The position numbers and the translations under genes were made by a program. The notes under the pieces are model-generated. The model was not told where the DNA came from. It saw only the letters and a list, made by a program, of their open reading frames with translations, and searched no databases. Positions 20,090 to 29,644 of a DNA stretch of 64,000 bases are shown here, piece after piece. Position 1 is the stretch's first letter. The number at the start of each line of letters is the position of its first letter. The stretch lies in assembly GCA_963736885.1 (NCBI GenBank), contig CAVTQN010000007.1:144953-208952 (forward strand), written 5' to 3'. This DNA is from an uncultured Pseudomonadota bacterium. Lineage in GTDB: Bacteria > Pseudomonadota > Alphaproteobacteria > Acetobacterales > Acetobacteraceae.

Positions 20090-21952
20090 TGCAACTTGAC
20101 CGCAAGGATTGGGTGCCTGACCCTGAAGAGAAAGTCTCCGTCCCTGAAATTCCGCCTGACGTTCAGGCGCTGATCGGCAACCCGGACGGCGTGTCATTGC
20201 CCACCATCAAGGTGCAGGCCGGGATTCTTCCCGCAACTGGCAACGGATTGTGAGCAAGCGCTCATTAAATCCGGCACTGCGATTTACCAGCGCGGCGGGG
20301 TGCTTGTTCGCCCGATGTCCTGGGAAGTCTCGGCCTCTGACGAGCGCACGACCATGGCGGCGGGGCTGAAAGTGCTGACGCCAACCATGTTGGTGGATGT
20401 GCTGGCGCAAAGTGCCGAGTTCGTGAAATACGATGCCAGGGCCAAGCGCTACGTGCCCACCGATCCCCCGGAGAAAGCTGCCAACATCCTGCTCTCCCGC
20501 ACCGGCTTTTGGCAATTCGCCACTGTACTGGGGGTGTTGTCAGCGCCCACGCTGCGCCGTGACGGCTCAGTCATGTCCGCCCCTGGCTATGATCCCCAGA
20601 CCCGGTTCTACCTGAAGCCTGATCCATCCCTGGAGGTGCCGCCCATTCCAGAGCATCCCACGCGGGAAGATGCCGAGAACGCGCTCGAGCTGCTTACCGG
20701 CCTGCTGGCAAACTTCCCGTTCTGCACGGACACGGATCTATCCGTTGCCCTTAGCGCCATCATCTCGCCCATCGTACGCGGCGCCCTTGGCATGGTCCCG
20801 CTGCACGCTTTCACCGCGCCATCGCCCGGCACCGGCAAGAGCTATATCGCGGACGTGGCCTCGGCCATCCTATCCGGCCGCATCTGCCCCGTCGCCACGG
20901 CAGGCAAGACAGAGGAGGAGACGGAGAAACGCCTCGGCGCGCTGCTCATTGCCGGCTATCCGCTGGTGAGCATCGACAACGTATCCGCCCCGCTCGGCGG
21001 TGACCTGCTCTGCCAGTTGATCGAACGCCCTGTGATCCGCATCCGCCCGCTCGGCAAGTCCGAGATCATGGAGCTTGAGAGCCGCGCCACCGTCTTCGCC
21101 AACGGCAATAACCTGGTCATTGAAGGCGACATGACCCGCCGCACCGTTCTGGCCCGACTGGATGCCGGCGTGGAGCGCCCGGAGGAACGGACCTTCGCCT
21201 TTGATCCTGTTGCCAAGGTGGTGGAGGACCGGGGCCGCTACATCGCCGCAGCGCTCACCATCGTGCGGGCCTATATCCTGGCGGGCAGGCCGGAGAAGCT
21301 CTCCCCGCTGCAATCCTTCGATGAATGGTCCAATAACGTCCGCAGTGCCCTGGTGTGGCTGGGAAAAGCTGATCCCGCTGAGAGCATCAATGAGATCAGG
21401 GCGAATGATCCGACACTGAGCAGCCTGAAGGGCATCCTGGCTGCATGGTGGGCCGTCTATGCCGACGAAAAACACAAAGCCGCTGACGTGGTGAAGCAGC
21501 TGGAGGGTATCAGCAGTCGCAACCCCCATTACATGGAATTGATGGCCCTGCGTGAGGCGATGATGCCGGTGGTGGGAGTTCGCGGAGTGCTGGAAAGCCG
21601 GAAGCTTGGCGAATGGTTGAGGAAAAATAAGGGCCGGCCGAGCGGGGGCTTTAAGTTTGTAACCGATGGAGGGCAGCTGGGGTGGTTTATTGGAAGGTCG
21701 AAAAAGGGGCTGGGTAGTGGTGGGTCTGGTTGGGCTGGTGGGTCAGTTCCAACTCACGTGGGAAAAGTGTCAGTGACAGTTTCGGTATACGGGCGGAAAG
21801 TGACCAACCGAACCAACCGCACCAACCATTTTCATAGGGGTCAGAATTCCTTCTTAACACAAACCCTCGACCCTATTTTTTGTACACCCACGCGCGTGCC
21901 GCGAGCCCGCACGAATCCGCCCCGCACATGCTGGCGCCGCCTGGGCGCGTGA
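20089..21952 (+). pseudogene. Phage/plasmid primase-helicase (P4 alpha C-terminal-like, Walker A PSPGTGKS) with one frame break near 20230
   Basis: ATG 20089 overlaps the prim-pol stop (TGATG). The N-terminal 54 codons are in one frame, and the remainder is ORF 20300..21952, whose frame is open from about 20175. An extra C in the CCC run at 20230-20232 would explain the break. The last roughly 60 codons look non-coding (repeat region). Confidence 0.7.
21803..21827. repeat. Three tandem 9-bp-spaced ACCAACC iterons
   Basis: gtgACCAACCgaACCAACCgcACCAACCatt. About 75 bp upstream are inverted GGT-rich copies (ctGGTTGGgctGGTGGGtc, 21727-21745). Confidence 0.6.
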
Positions 21953-22201
21953 GAGGCGCCCAATCCCCCATGACTTCCCAATCCCAAGCGACGCGCGCGT
22001 GTGTTGGAGCCGCCAGACGGCTTTGACGGCCATCTCCGCCCCCGGAAAGCCCCCGATTTTTAGGTTTGGCGGATATAGATTCCGCCGCGTCGCGCCAAAA
22101 AACCTTACAAACCGCCGCCATTTTGCACACGGCCGCATAGTCCTGCATTCCATCCCACAAATAGCTTGCCGCATGCGCTGCGAATTGGGCATAAAATCGA
22201 T

Positions 22202-22561
22202 ATGAAGCGAATTGGTCCACATAGCCGCCCCGGTAAGCTGGCGGTACTCGACGGAAGGCGAGCGGAAGCACGCCGGATGAAGGAGATACGCCAGGAACTG
22301 GCCAAGCACGTTGGCGGCAAGCCTTCGGTGGCGCAGTCCATGCTGATCGAGCGTATCGCCGTCCTGATCCTGCGCATGGAGCTGATGGACAAGGAAGCCC
22401 TCTCCGGTGGGCCGATGACCGACAAGGACCAGCGCACCTATCTGGGCTGGGCGAACGCGGTGAGCCGGTCCCTGCGCCATCTCGGCCTGAAAGGTCAGGA
22501 GGGCAAAGCCCCCAGCCTGGATGACATCCTGAAGGCCGGGAAAGGCCAACCAGCGCCATGA
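22202..22561 (+). CDS. Hypothetical phage-associated protein (119 aa)
   Basis: MKRIGPHSRPGKLAVLDGRRAEARRMKEIRQELAKHVGGKPSVAQSMLIERIAVLILRMELMD...TYLGWANAVSRSLRHLGLKG. I recall similar proteins in alphaproteobacterial prophages and islands. The function is unknown. Confidence 0.5.
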   Translation: MKRIGPHSRPGKLAVLDGRRAEARRMKEIRQELAKHVGGKPSVAQSMLIERIAVLILRMELMDKEALSGGPMTDKDQRTYLGWANAVSRSLRHLGLKGQEGKAPSLDDILKAGKGQPAP

Positions 22562-23073
22562 CGTTACACGCGTCCCCGGCTGGCGGCTCAATGTCTAATC
22601 GCCCGGTGCGCTGTGCGATGGGGGATCAGACGGCGAGTGCCCCAGCATGCAAAACCCCGTCAGCCCGCGCGGCACACTCCAGGCCGGTGGCGGGCACCCT
22701 TTCCCGCTCAATCGCAAGGGATTCCAAATTGTCAGATCCAATAGGCAACCTTTTTTTCGCAATGGATGGGCTTCATCCCAAACTTCCTCGGGGGATGTCC
22801 CTCGTGCGACATATTCGTCAACGGGCGGTTCGATCAATCCAACCGACCGCTTCAGCCTGGTCAATTCCGCTACGGCAATTACGCTGCCACACTCCCGAGC
22901 GGCGGGCGCGATGGGCAGCCGCTTTATGCGTGAAGAACCTCGGGTCCGGTACACTGACGCTTACCGCGTCAATCGATGGCACAAACGGCACAACGACGCT
23001 TCCGAAGCCTTTCGGTGCTCTACCGTACTCATTTGGTCGGCTTCATCCGCCACGTGGATTGCGGTGTAGCTCG

Positions 23074-24000
23074 ATGAGCTTCATCGAGCACGCCATTACG
23101 ATCGTAATCACGGCCGGCGCGAAGTCGAACTATAACCAAAACCCGGCGACATTCGGGCCGAGCAAGTCCAATACCCTTACGCTGGCCGGGTATCGCATTT
23201 TGGCCATGATTGATAATCCGGGCGGCATATCGATGTCGTCCGCGCAGATATCGGTATATGGCATGAACGCCTCGGACATGAATGCGCTGTCCTCAATTGA
23301 GAATGCTAGGTATGCCAGCAACAACAACACCGTCTCCGTCTTGGCTGGTGACGCCAATTCCGGCATGTCCCTTGGTCTTCCAGGGCACTTTGCAACAAGC
23401 CGTTGTAAACGCCTCCTGCGCCCCGCGCGTCAGCTTCGATATGACGGCGGTGTCGGGGGCTACAGCCTCTCCCATGCTGCCAGTGCCTCCGTCCAGCTTC
23501 AGCGGTGCGACCAGATGTCCGCCACGATCATGTCAAGCATCGCCTCGGCTAGCGGGATGGGATTTGAGAACAACGGCATTTGGGTTGTTCTTTCCAATCC
23601 ATACTTCCCCGGATCGGCCATGGACCAGATCCGGGCTTGTGCGATGGCGGCCGGCATCAACTACTTCGTGGACACAAAGGGCGCGCAGTCTGGCAGCGTG
23701 AACGGCAATGGCATCCTCGCCATCTGGCCCAAGTTTGGCTATCGGGCCGGAACACCGCCGCTGGTCAGCCCTCAGAACGGCCTGATAGGATTACCCGCGA
23801 TATACGGCGGTTGGCATCGACTTCGATACGCTGTTCAACCCAAATTTGCTTTTCGGCGGGCAGGTGCAGGTAAAGAGCAGCCTAACCCCCGCCTGCGGAA
23901 CCTGGGTTGTTTATTCCCGAGACGCATTGCCTGGAGTGCATCACCAAAGGCGGCGACTGGCTTCAAGACCGTTTCTTTGCTGGGCTCCGGCAACCGCAAA
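23074..24000 (+). pseudogene. Phage structural (tail/baseplate-like) gene remnant, at least 3 frame breaks
   Basis: MSFIEHAITIVITAGAK...ISVYGMNASDMNALSS...VLAGDANSGMSL is in frame 1. VFQGTLQQAVVNASCAPRVSFDMTAV continues in ORF 23282..23701. It returns to frame 1 (GMGFENNGIWVVLSNPYFPGSAMDQIRACAMAAGINYFVD...ILAIWPKFGYRAG). GIDFDTLFNPNLLFGGQVQVKSSLTPACGTWVV is in the third frame. Confidence 0.45.
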
Positions 24001-24069
24001 AACGCAGCTGGGGATCGGGTCATGAGCAGCGTCATTGCGGGCACCCTTTCCATTTCTCAAGGAGAACAC

Positions 24070-24804
24070 ATGATCTACGCGCTTGATCGCAGTGCGCGAA
24101 GCTTTGACCAAGATGGACATTTGCGGATTTCCAGCAGCGTCATTAGCGCCTCGGAAATCAATTCATATTATGGCCGGGAAATTCCTGGCTTTGACCAGCT
24201 CGGATTAGACCCGCGCAAGATGTACCAGCTCTACAGGCCGCCCGAGGAGTTGGCGAAGGCGGCTGCAAGTTTCGACGGCAAGCCGCTGATGAGCACCCAC
24301 CGCCCGCAGCCTGCCGATGACTTCCAGCCTGGCATTGTCGTGGGCGTGGTGAAAAATCCAATATGGCGCGCGCCGAATTTGCTGGCCTCCATCGTGGTAT
24401 GGAATCAGATCGCCATCGACGGCATCGAGAGCGGCAAACAGCGTGCCCTCAGTTGTGGATATTCGTACGAAGCGGACATGACCCCCGGCACCTACAACGG
24501 CCGCAGCTATTCAGGGGTCATGCGGAATATCTCTGGGAACCACATCTCTCTCTGCTCCGAGGGACGGGTGAAAAACGCAATCGTCGGAGACTCAGCAAGG
24601 AATTTAATTATGGACGAAGACACCACCAAAAGGATGACGGCCGCGCTCAAGTTCTGCGCGGGCAAGATTTCCCCGCAGGATCTGGACAAATTGCATGAGA
24701 TCCTGAGCGGCGCTGAAGAAGCCCGGCCCTTGGGCAATGCCGCGGATGCTAAGGCTTATTCGGCCCGCTTCCCAAATGCTGGGCGGCTGAAGGGGGCGAT
24801 TTAA
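24070..24804 (+). CDS. DUF2213-family phage protein (putative prohead protease/scaffold-like)
   Basis: MIYALDRSARSFDQDGHLRI...YYGREIPGFDQLGLDPRKMYQLYRPPEEL...FDGKPLMSTH...ESGKQRALSCGYSYEAD...RNISGNHISLCSEGR, with an AAGGAG RBS before ATG 24070. This is the in-frame C-terminal part of the chimeric ORF 22558..24804. Confidence 0.65.
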   Translation: MIYALDRSARSFDQDGHLRISSSVISASEINSYYGREIPGFDQLGLDPRKMYQLYRPPEELAKAAASFDGKPLMSTHRPQPADDFQPGIVVGVVKNPIWRAPNLLASIVVWNQIAIDGIESGKQRALSCGYSYEADMTPGTYNGRSYSGVMRNISGNHISLCSEGRVKNAIVGDSARNLIMDEDTTKRMTAALKFCAGKISPQDLDKLHEILSGAEEARPLGNAADAKAYSARFPNAGRLKGAI

Positions 24805-25160
24805 TGCTGCAGAAAATCACCAAGAGAGCGCGCACCCCCGAGCGCGAGGCTCTGGCTCAGGCTGTTGCGGACAATGTCGCCTATCAGGATGAACTGAAGA
24901 AGGCGCGCCAAGCGGCGGCTGCATTGGAGGCCCAGCGCTTCGCGGCGGTTCAAGCGGAATGGGCGGCCGAGACGGCCGTGCAAGCCGCCATCGAGGCAGA
25001 GCGTGAGCATCTGCTTGCCCTGGCCCGTGGAGAGCCCAGCGATGCCCCCCAGACGCCCACTGAAGCCCGCGCGGCGCTGTCTGTGGCGCGGGATCGGGTA
25101 AGGGCTCTCACGCCCGCCCGCGACGCCGCAAACGCAGCGCTGGAGGCGGTGCAGGGCTAG
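24804..25160 (+). CDS. Ala/Glu-rich hypothetical phage protein
   Basis: The start overlaps the DUF2213 stop. The sequence is coiled-coil-like. The downstream 25161-25480 has three partly open frames, and the one ending at 25480 is coupled to terL, so the true gene structure is unresolved. Confidence 0.35.
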   Translation: MLQKITKRARTPEREALAQAVADNVAYQDELKKARQAAAALEAQRFAAVQAEWAAETAVQAAIEAEREHLLALARGEPSDAPQTPTEARAALSVARDRVRALTPARDAANAALEAVQG

Positions 25161-25476
25161 CCAGAACTGGCGGGAAAAGAAGATCACCGATGCGGCCGGC
25201 GCGGTCCTGGGGGCATCCCCGGCAGTGGCCAGGCTGCGGACCGAGTTGCGGCGCAGCAGGCGGCACTGATCGCAAAGGCGCGCTCTGGTTCTGGTTCTGC
25301 CGAAACGGCGCGATTGATGCCGCCGGCTCTGGCGATGATGCGGATATGTTTGGCTGGCTTATCTTCCTGCTTCACGACGCACATCGACCGGGCTACGCCA
25401 GACGAAAGGCGATGATTTCCCGCTGGCAGGCCGCGCTGGAGCGGCTGAAGGCGGATGCAGAGGCGCCGTTACCCGA

Positions 25477-26910
25477 ATGAGCAAGCCACTCCTCTCAATC
25501 GTCGAGGCGATGGATCACCCGGAAGTGTTCGGCAAGCACTTCCGGGGTAACACCTGGCGCTTCTGGCGGATGTTTCTTGCTGCTTTGTTCGCCCTGCCCA
25601 TGGATGAGGACATGCTGGCGCTGTACCGGCACCACACGGGCAGGGAAAAGGCACCGGATTCACCGTTCAAAGAAGCTTGCCTGGTCATCGGGCGCCGTGG
25701 CGGAAAGTCTCGAATTCTTGCGATGATTGCGACATATCTTGCCACGTGCTGCGATTTTTCGCCATACCTCGCGGCCGGAGAAGTCGGCACGATTGCGATT
25801 ATCGCCAGCGATCGAAAACAAGCGCGATCAATCTTCCGGTATGTGCAGGGCTTCCTGGAACAGAGCGCGCCGTTGGCCGCGATGATCGAGGACCAAACCA
25901 ATGATGCCATAAGGCTGAACAATCGGATCGCGATTGAGATTCACACCGCGTCGTTCCGAGTTACCCGCGGCTATACGCTCATTGCCGCCCTAGCCGATGA
26001 GACCGCGTTCTGGCGTGATAAATCCTCGGCTAATCCGGACACCGAAATCTTTCGTGCGCTGCGCCCTGGGCTCTCGACAATCCCGAATGCGCTCCTGCTC
26101 AATGCATCTTCACCCTATCGCCGCGCCGGCATGCTCTGGACCACGTTTCAAAAGCACTACGGCAAAGATGATTCCCGCGTCCTGGTCGTGAAGGCGACAA
26201 CGCAGGAGGCCAACCCGAACATTGATCCGGCGACCATCGCGGAAGCCTACGAGGATGACCCGGAATCGGCCGCGAGTGAGTATGGCGGCGAATTCAGGAC
26301 CGATGTTGCGGACTTCATCTCCCGCGCCGTGGTTGAAGCCTGCATTGAGCCCGGATGCCATGAACGCCCCCGCGTAGCCGGCCAGAACTATGTGGCCTTT
26401 ATCGACGCAGCGGGCGGCTCTGGAACGGATAGCATGACGCTGGGCATTGCGCATGCCGAGAGGGGCTTTGGCCCCGTCCTGGACGCGCTGAGAGAGCGCA
26501 AGCCGCCATTCTCGCCGGAGGATGTGGTGACCGAATTCGCGGCTTTGCTGAAGAGCTACGGGGTGACCAGGGCGGAATCCGACAAATGGGGCGGCGCCTG
26601 GGTGACCGAGGCTTTCAAGAAGCACAACATCACCGTGACACCCACTGCCATGCCGAAGAGCGACATTTACCGCGAGGTTCTACCGCTGCTGAATGGGCAT
26701 CGATGCGGCCTGCTGGATAGCCCCCGCCTGGTGCAACAGCTTTGCGGGCTGGAGCGGCGTACGTCACGGGGCGGCCGCGACAGCATCGATCATGCCCCGA
26801 CGCCTACAGCCCATGATGACGTGGCCAACGCGGCCGCAGGGGCGCTGATCCTGGCCGGCAATGTGCAGCTTGGATTTCGGATTTCTCAGGAGCTGTTGGC
26901 TCGGATTTGA
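25477..26910 (+). CDS. terL: Phage terminase large subunit
   Basis: The 477-aa ORF is intact, with the Walker-A-like VIGRRGGKSR, ...ALADETAFW... and a C-terminal nuclease-type ...FIDAAGGSGTDSMTLGIAH...IDHAP..HDDVANA. Confidence 0.85.
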   Translation: MSKPLLSIVEAMDHPEVFGKHFRGNTWRFWRMFLAALFALPMDEDMLALYRHHTGREKAPDSPFKEACLVIGRRGGKSRILAMIATYLATCCDFSPYLAAGEVGTIAIIASDRKQARSIFRYVQGFLEQSAPLAAMIEDQTNDAIRLNNRIAIEIHTASFRVTRGYTLIAALADETAFWRDKSSANPDTEIFRALRPGLSTIPNALLLNASSPYRRAGMLWTTFQKHYGKDDSRVLVVKATTQEANPNIDPATIAEAYEDDPESAASEYGGEFRTDVADFISRAVVEACIEPGCHERPRVAGQNYVAFIDAAGGSGTDSMTLGIAHAERGFGPVLDALRERKPPFSPEDVVTEFAALLKSYGVTRAESDKWGGAWVTEAFKKHNITVTPTAMPKSDIYREVLPLLNGHRCGLLDSPRLVQQLCGLERRTSRGGRDSIDHAPTPTAHDDVANAAAGALILAGNVQLGFRISQELLARI

Positions 26911-27180
26911 AGGGGCGCCGCTAGCACCTCTGCACAGAGGTTTTGACGGGTTGCGCGCGGCGTTACTGCCCCGGCCTCTCTATTGCCGGTGGGTTGGCTC
27001 ACCTCGGATGGACGGCTTTGGGGAAAGAACTGCCCCTCTGCTGTCGAGCGGTTGGCCACGAAGTCAGACATTCGGCTCAGCGCCGAGATAAACCGGAGGC
27101 CTCCCGTCCGGTTTCGGCGCAAGTCGCGCCAGAAGCGAACAGTCGCACCGGATTTCTGCACCAGAAAAAACTGGCCAACT

Positions 27181-28056
27181 CTAAAATCGACCTCGGAAAC
27201 GATCTGCTATAGGCCATAGATTTTGGCTTTGGATACTAAGCTTTAACTGTGAAGACCCGTTTTCGTGAATCAGAGTAGATTCCCAAAGAAGCTTCTGCAG
27301 ATCACCAAAGGTCATATCTATGTCTTTTGGATTCCACTGTGGCCTTGAAGCGAAATCAAAAAAAACCCTTTTCCACTCGTCTTCATTAAAATCAATGTTA
27401 ACTTCTTCTTTGTGTGAGACCAGCGGATCGTTCTTCTTTCTTTGAATTCTAAGCAATGCGCTCGCAAGATCAGAAAACCGCAATTTCATCAGGTATAGGT
27501 GATTAAAACGAGGAGGAAGAAGAGAATATGGCTCAGATGCCCAGTCGAATGACTTGCTCATAACGCTTGGCTTACACAACGATGAATTAAAGCAAATCCA
27601 CTTACGTTGATTGCTTACGGGAAAGCTTTGATGCAACACTTCTTTAAAAGCATCAAAATTTTCACTATCTAATTTCGGAATATGGACAACTTCAAACCCT
27701 ATGGCGTTTAGATAACTACCTTCCATTGCTGCGATACATTCCGGTAAATTCTTAAAGTATCTTGGGTCTACGAACAGCAATTCGTCGACTTCTGTAAAAA
27801 CTATGGAGTCATATTTTTTGCATAAATCAGAACAAATGTGCGATATTATCTTCGCCTTCTTCTCTCGATCCAGACGAATTTTAGGATATTTTAAAATATT
27901 GACCTGATCTAATTCATCTAAAGACTCGTCTTCAGATGAATGGTCTATAATGTAGCAATTTGAAAAGCCAACTTGGCTTCCGTAATGGCGAGCCCACCGC
28001 TCAACATAATCTGGCTCATTACGAACCATTGTAATCGCCGCAATCGACATCTTCAC
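27181..28056 (-). CDS. AT-rich GT-A-fold glycosyltransferase-like protein (GT2 / Glyco_tranf_2_4-like)
   Basis: IAAITMVRNEPDYVERWARHY, IIDHSSEDES and FTEVDELLFV resemble the N-terminal, nucleotide-binding and acidic DxD-like motifs of that family. There is no signal peptide or TM segment. The composition is strongly AT-shifted relative to the flanks. Confidence 0.6.
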   Translation of the reverse strand: MKMSIAAITMVRNEPDYVERWARHYGSQVGFSNCYIIDHSSEDESLDELDQVNILKYPKIRLDREKKAKIISHICSDLCKKYDSIVFTEVDELLFVDPRYFKNLPECIAAMEGSYLNAIGFEVVHIPKLDSENFDAFKEVLHQSFPVSNQRKWICFNSSLCKPSVMSKSFDWASEPYSLLPPRFNHLYLMKLRFSDLASALLRIQRKKNDPLVSHKEEVNIDFNEDEWKRVFFDFASRPQWNPKDIDMTFGDLQKLLWESTLIHENGSSQLKLSIQSQNLWPIADRFRGRF

Positions 28057-28063
28057 TTTCTTT

Positions 28064-28342
28064 CTATTTCAATTCAAACGAATGTTTTTTAAGTGATAGC
28101 TGAAGCTGCCGAAGTCTACCTTCTATATAGTTTAATCTATTTGATACAAACTTACACATGCACATGGAAGTCAACGTTCCATAATGTGCTGCAAGACATT
28201 GATCTTCTGTACTATTGCACCGATCCAGCAGACCATGTTCTAAAATGCTTTTTAATTCGTGCAATTCCGATATCGCGACATCAACCTCATTTAGCTCAGA
28301 AAAACCACAAGAATCACCGGCAGTCATGATATGCTTGTCCAT
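28064..28342 (-). CDS. AT-rich orphan protein (92 aa, 5 Cys)
   Basis: MDKHIMTAGDSCGFSELNEVDVAISELHELKSILEHGLLDRCNSTEDQCLAAHYGTLTSMCMCKFVSNRLNYIEGRLRQLQLSLKKHSFELK. It lies 7 nt upstream of the GT-like gene on the same strand. No family was recognised. Confidence 0.45.
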   Translation of the reverse strand: MDKHIMTAGDSCGFSELNEVDVAISELHELKSILEHGLLDRCNSTEDQCLAAHYGTLTSMCMCKFVSNRLNYIEGRLRQLQLSLKKHSFELK

Positions 28343-28373
28343 TCCATCAAATTAGCCGCTTCCTTCTGTTCCC

Positions 28374-28403
28374 ATTATAAAGGTGGCTGACCGATGATGC
28401 CAA
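28374..28403 (-). promoter_or_regulatory. Near-consensus sigma70-type promoter for the AT-rich cassette
   Basis: The minus strand reads TTGGCA (28403-28398) - 18 nt - TATAAT (28379-28374), about 31 nt upstream of ATG 28342. Confidence 0.45.
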
Positions 28404-28493
28404 GGGACCGCTGTTCCTGACCATCGGTCGGGGCACCGGCAAGCCTATCCGCCTCCCCTGCCTCAGCGCTCTGCGGTTCGAGCGTCCGCTTTA
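28384..28493 (+). pseudogene. Short fragment of a second tyrosine recombinase
   Basis: It translates as WLTDDAKGPLFLTIGRGTGKPIRLPCLSALRFERPL*. The DxKGPLFxTxGRGTG stretch is typical of ICE/phage integrases. No start and no catalytic region are present. Confidence 0.4.
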
Positions 28494-28790
28494 GCAGAGC
28501 AGCGGGTATGGGCTGAGTGATCGCCCTGGAAGCGTTGCTGTCGGTACTTGGCAACGCTGAACATCCGTTCCTGAGATCACCTGCCGGGTCGGCCTATGTC
28601 CTACATGGGTCGAATGCAGCCCGTCATTCATCTCCAAGGATCGCCATTTCCTGAATTTTGCGGACGGACGGGCTGGCCATTTTAGCCGGCGCCACCATCG
28701 CCATGTCAGCCATTTGATTGCTTCCTCAGCCTAACCCCAGGCCCTTCACCATTCTGATCGATGAACAGGACCCCGGCCGCCACACTCACT

Positions 28791-29102
28791 TCAGCGGCGA
28801 CGCGGATCCAGGGGGAAGCGGTGCATGAATGGGGCGTCCGGCGGATTGTTCGGATCCTGAATCTCAGCCGCCACCGCTTCGATTACCTCGGCAAGGTCAG
28901 AGTGGTTCTTGAGACGGCAGTAGGATGCGAGCCGTTCGGCTGAGATAGAAGATCCTGCTTCGAGCCCCAGCTCGATCAGGCGACGGATGGCCTCACTCCG
29001 GGAAGGCAATTTCTCCTGTAGCCGGCGCCAATCATCGACCGCGGCAATTTGTTGCCGCGACGTCACAAGTTGCACGCGTTGATCAAGCGAGTGGTCTTCC
29101 AT
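28791..29102 (-). CDS. Ribbon-helix-helix (CopG/antitoxin-like) DNA-binding protein
   Basis: ...QIAAVDDWRRLQEKLPSRSEAIRRLIELGLEAG is a typical RHH core. The C-terminal 50 aa are of uncertain authenticity. Confidence 0.55.
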   Translation of the reverse strand: MEDHSLDQRVQLVTSRQQIAAVDDWRRLQEKLPSRSEAIRRLIELGLEAGSSISAERLASYCRLKNHSDLAEVIEAVAAEIQDPNNPPDAPFMHRFPLDPRRR

Positions 29103-29223
29103 GCCTCAATTTACATAATATCAGTGTTAGACTGCAAGTGTGTAAGTTGCTTGACTTTTGGTGTGTAACATGTGTAAGTTAAGTTCACCGGGCGGAAAGC
29201 GTGGCTCGGAACTATCAAAGACA

Positions 29224-29644
29224 ATGGAGCGACCTATGAATGACATGAGCAAGCCTGTCGCCGTGCCTGCGATCGGTATCGAGCAAGGACCCGACGCTGC
29301 GCTGATCGCCGCGTGTGGAGACTTCGCGGCAGCGTACATGGAAAGGGAGGAGCTTACTCGTCGTCACGAATTCTGAAACGGGCAATGATCTACCGGAAGA
29401 CCTGGAAGAGCCTTTTAACACCCGCATCGACGCCGCGCTCGATCAGATGCTCGAGATGAAGGCGATCAGTATGGCGGGCGTCGCGGCAAGGGTGAAGGCC
29501 CTTCTCATCTATGATCCGCCTATGGCTGACCCAAACACTGCGCGTGACTGTTCTGACGATCAGGCCCGTGCGATTATCCGGGATTTGCATGCTCTTTGGA
29601 AGCCAGGCGCCGATCTGGTTCGGATTGGGGAGGCACGGGTATGA
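29224..29644 (+). pseudogene. Hypothetical gene, apparently split by one frameshift near 29340-29350
   Basis: ORF 29158..29376 (MERPMNDMSKPVAVPAIGIEQGPDAALIAACGDFAAAYMEREE) continues plausibly in ORF 29315..29644 (...ETGNDLPEDLEEPFNTRIDAALDQMLEMKAISMAGVAARVKALLIYDP...). Confidence 0.35.

Noticed and set aside
21803-21827. ACCAACC repeats as a CRISPR array
   Set aside because: The units are only 7 nt with 2-nt spacers, and there are three copies. This is consistent with iterons, not CRISPR.
22558-24804. 748-aa ORF as a single large phage protein
   Set aside because: Only the C-terminal 244 aa (DUF2213) are credible. Upstream, the recognisable tail-like sequence alternates among all three frames.
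26911-27180. Possible portal or other phage gene fragment, or an internal att copy (CACCTCT...) after terL
   Set aside because: No frame gives a protein-like translation. The match to the att core is only 7 nt, which is expected by chance.
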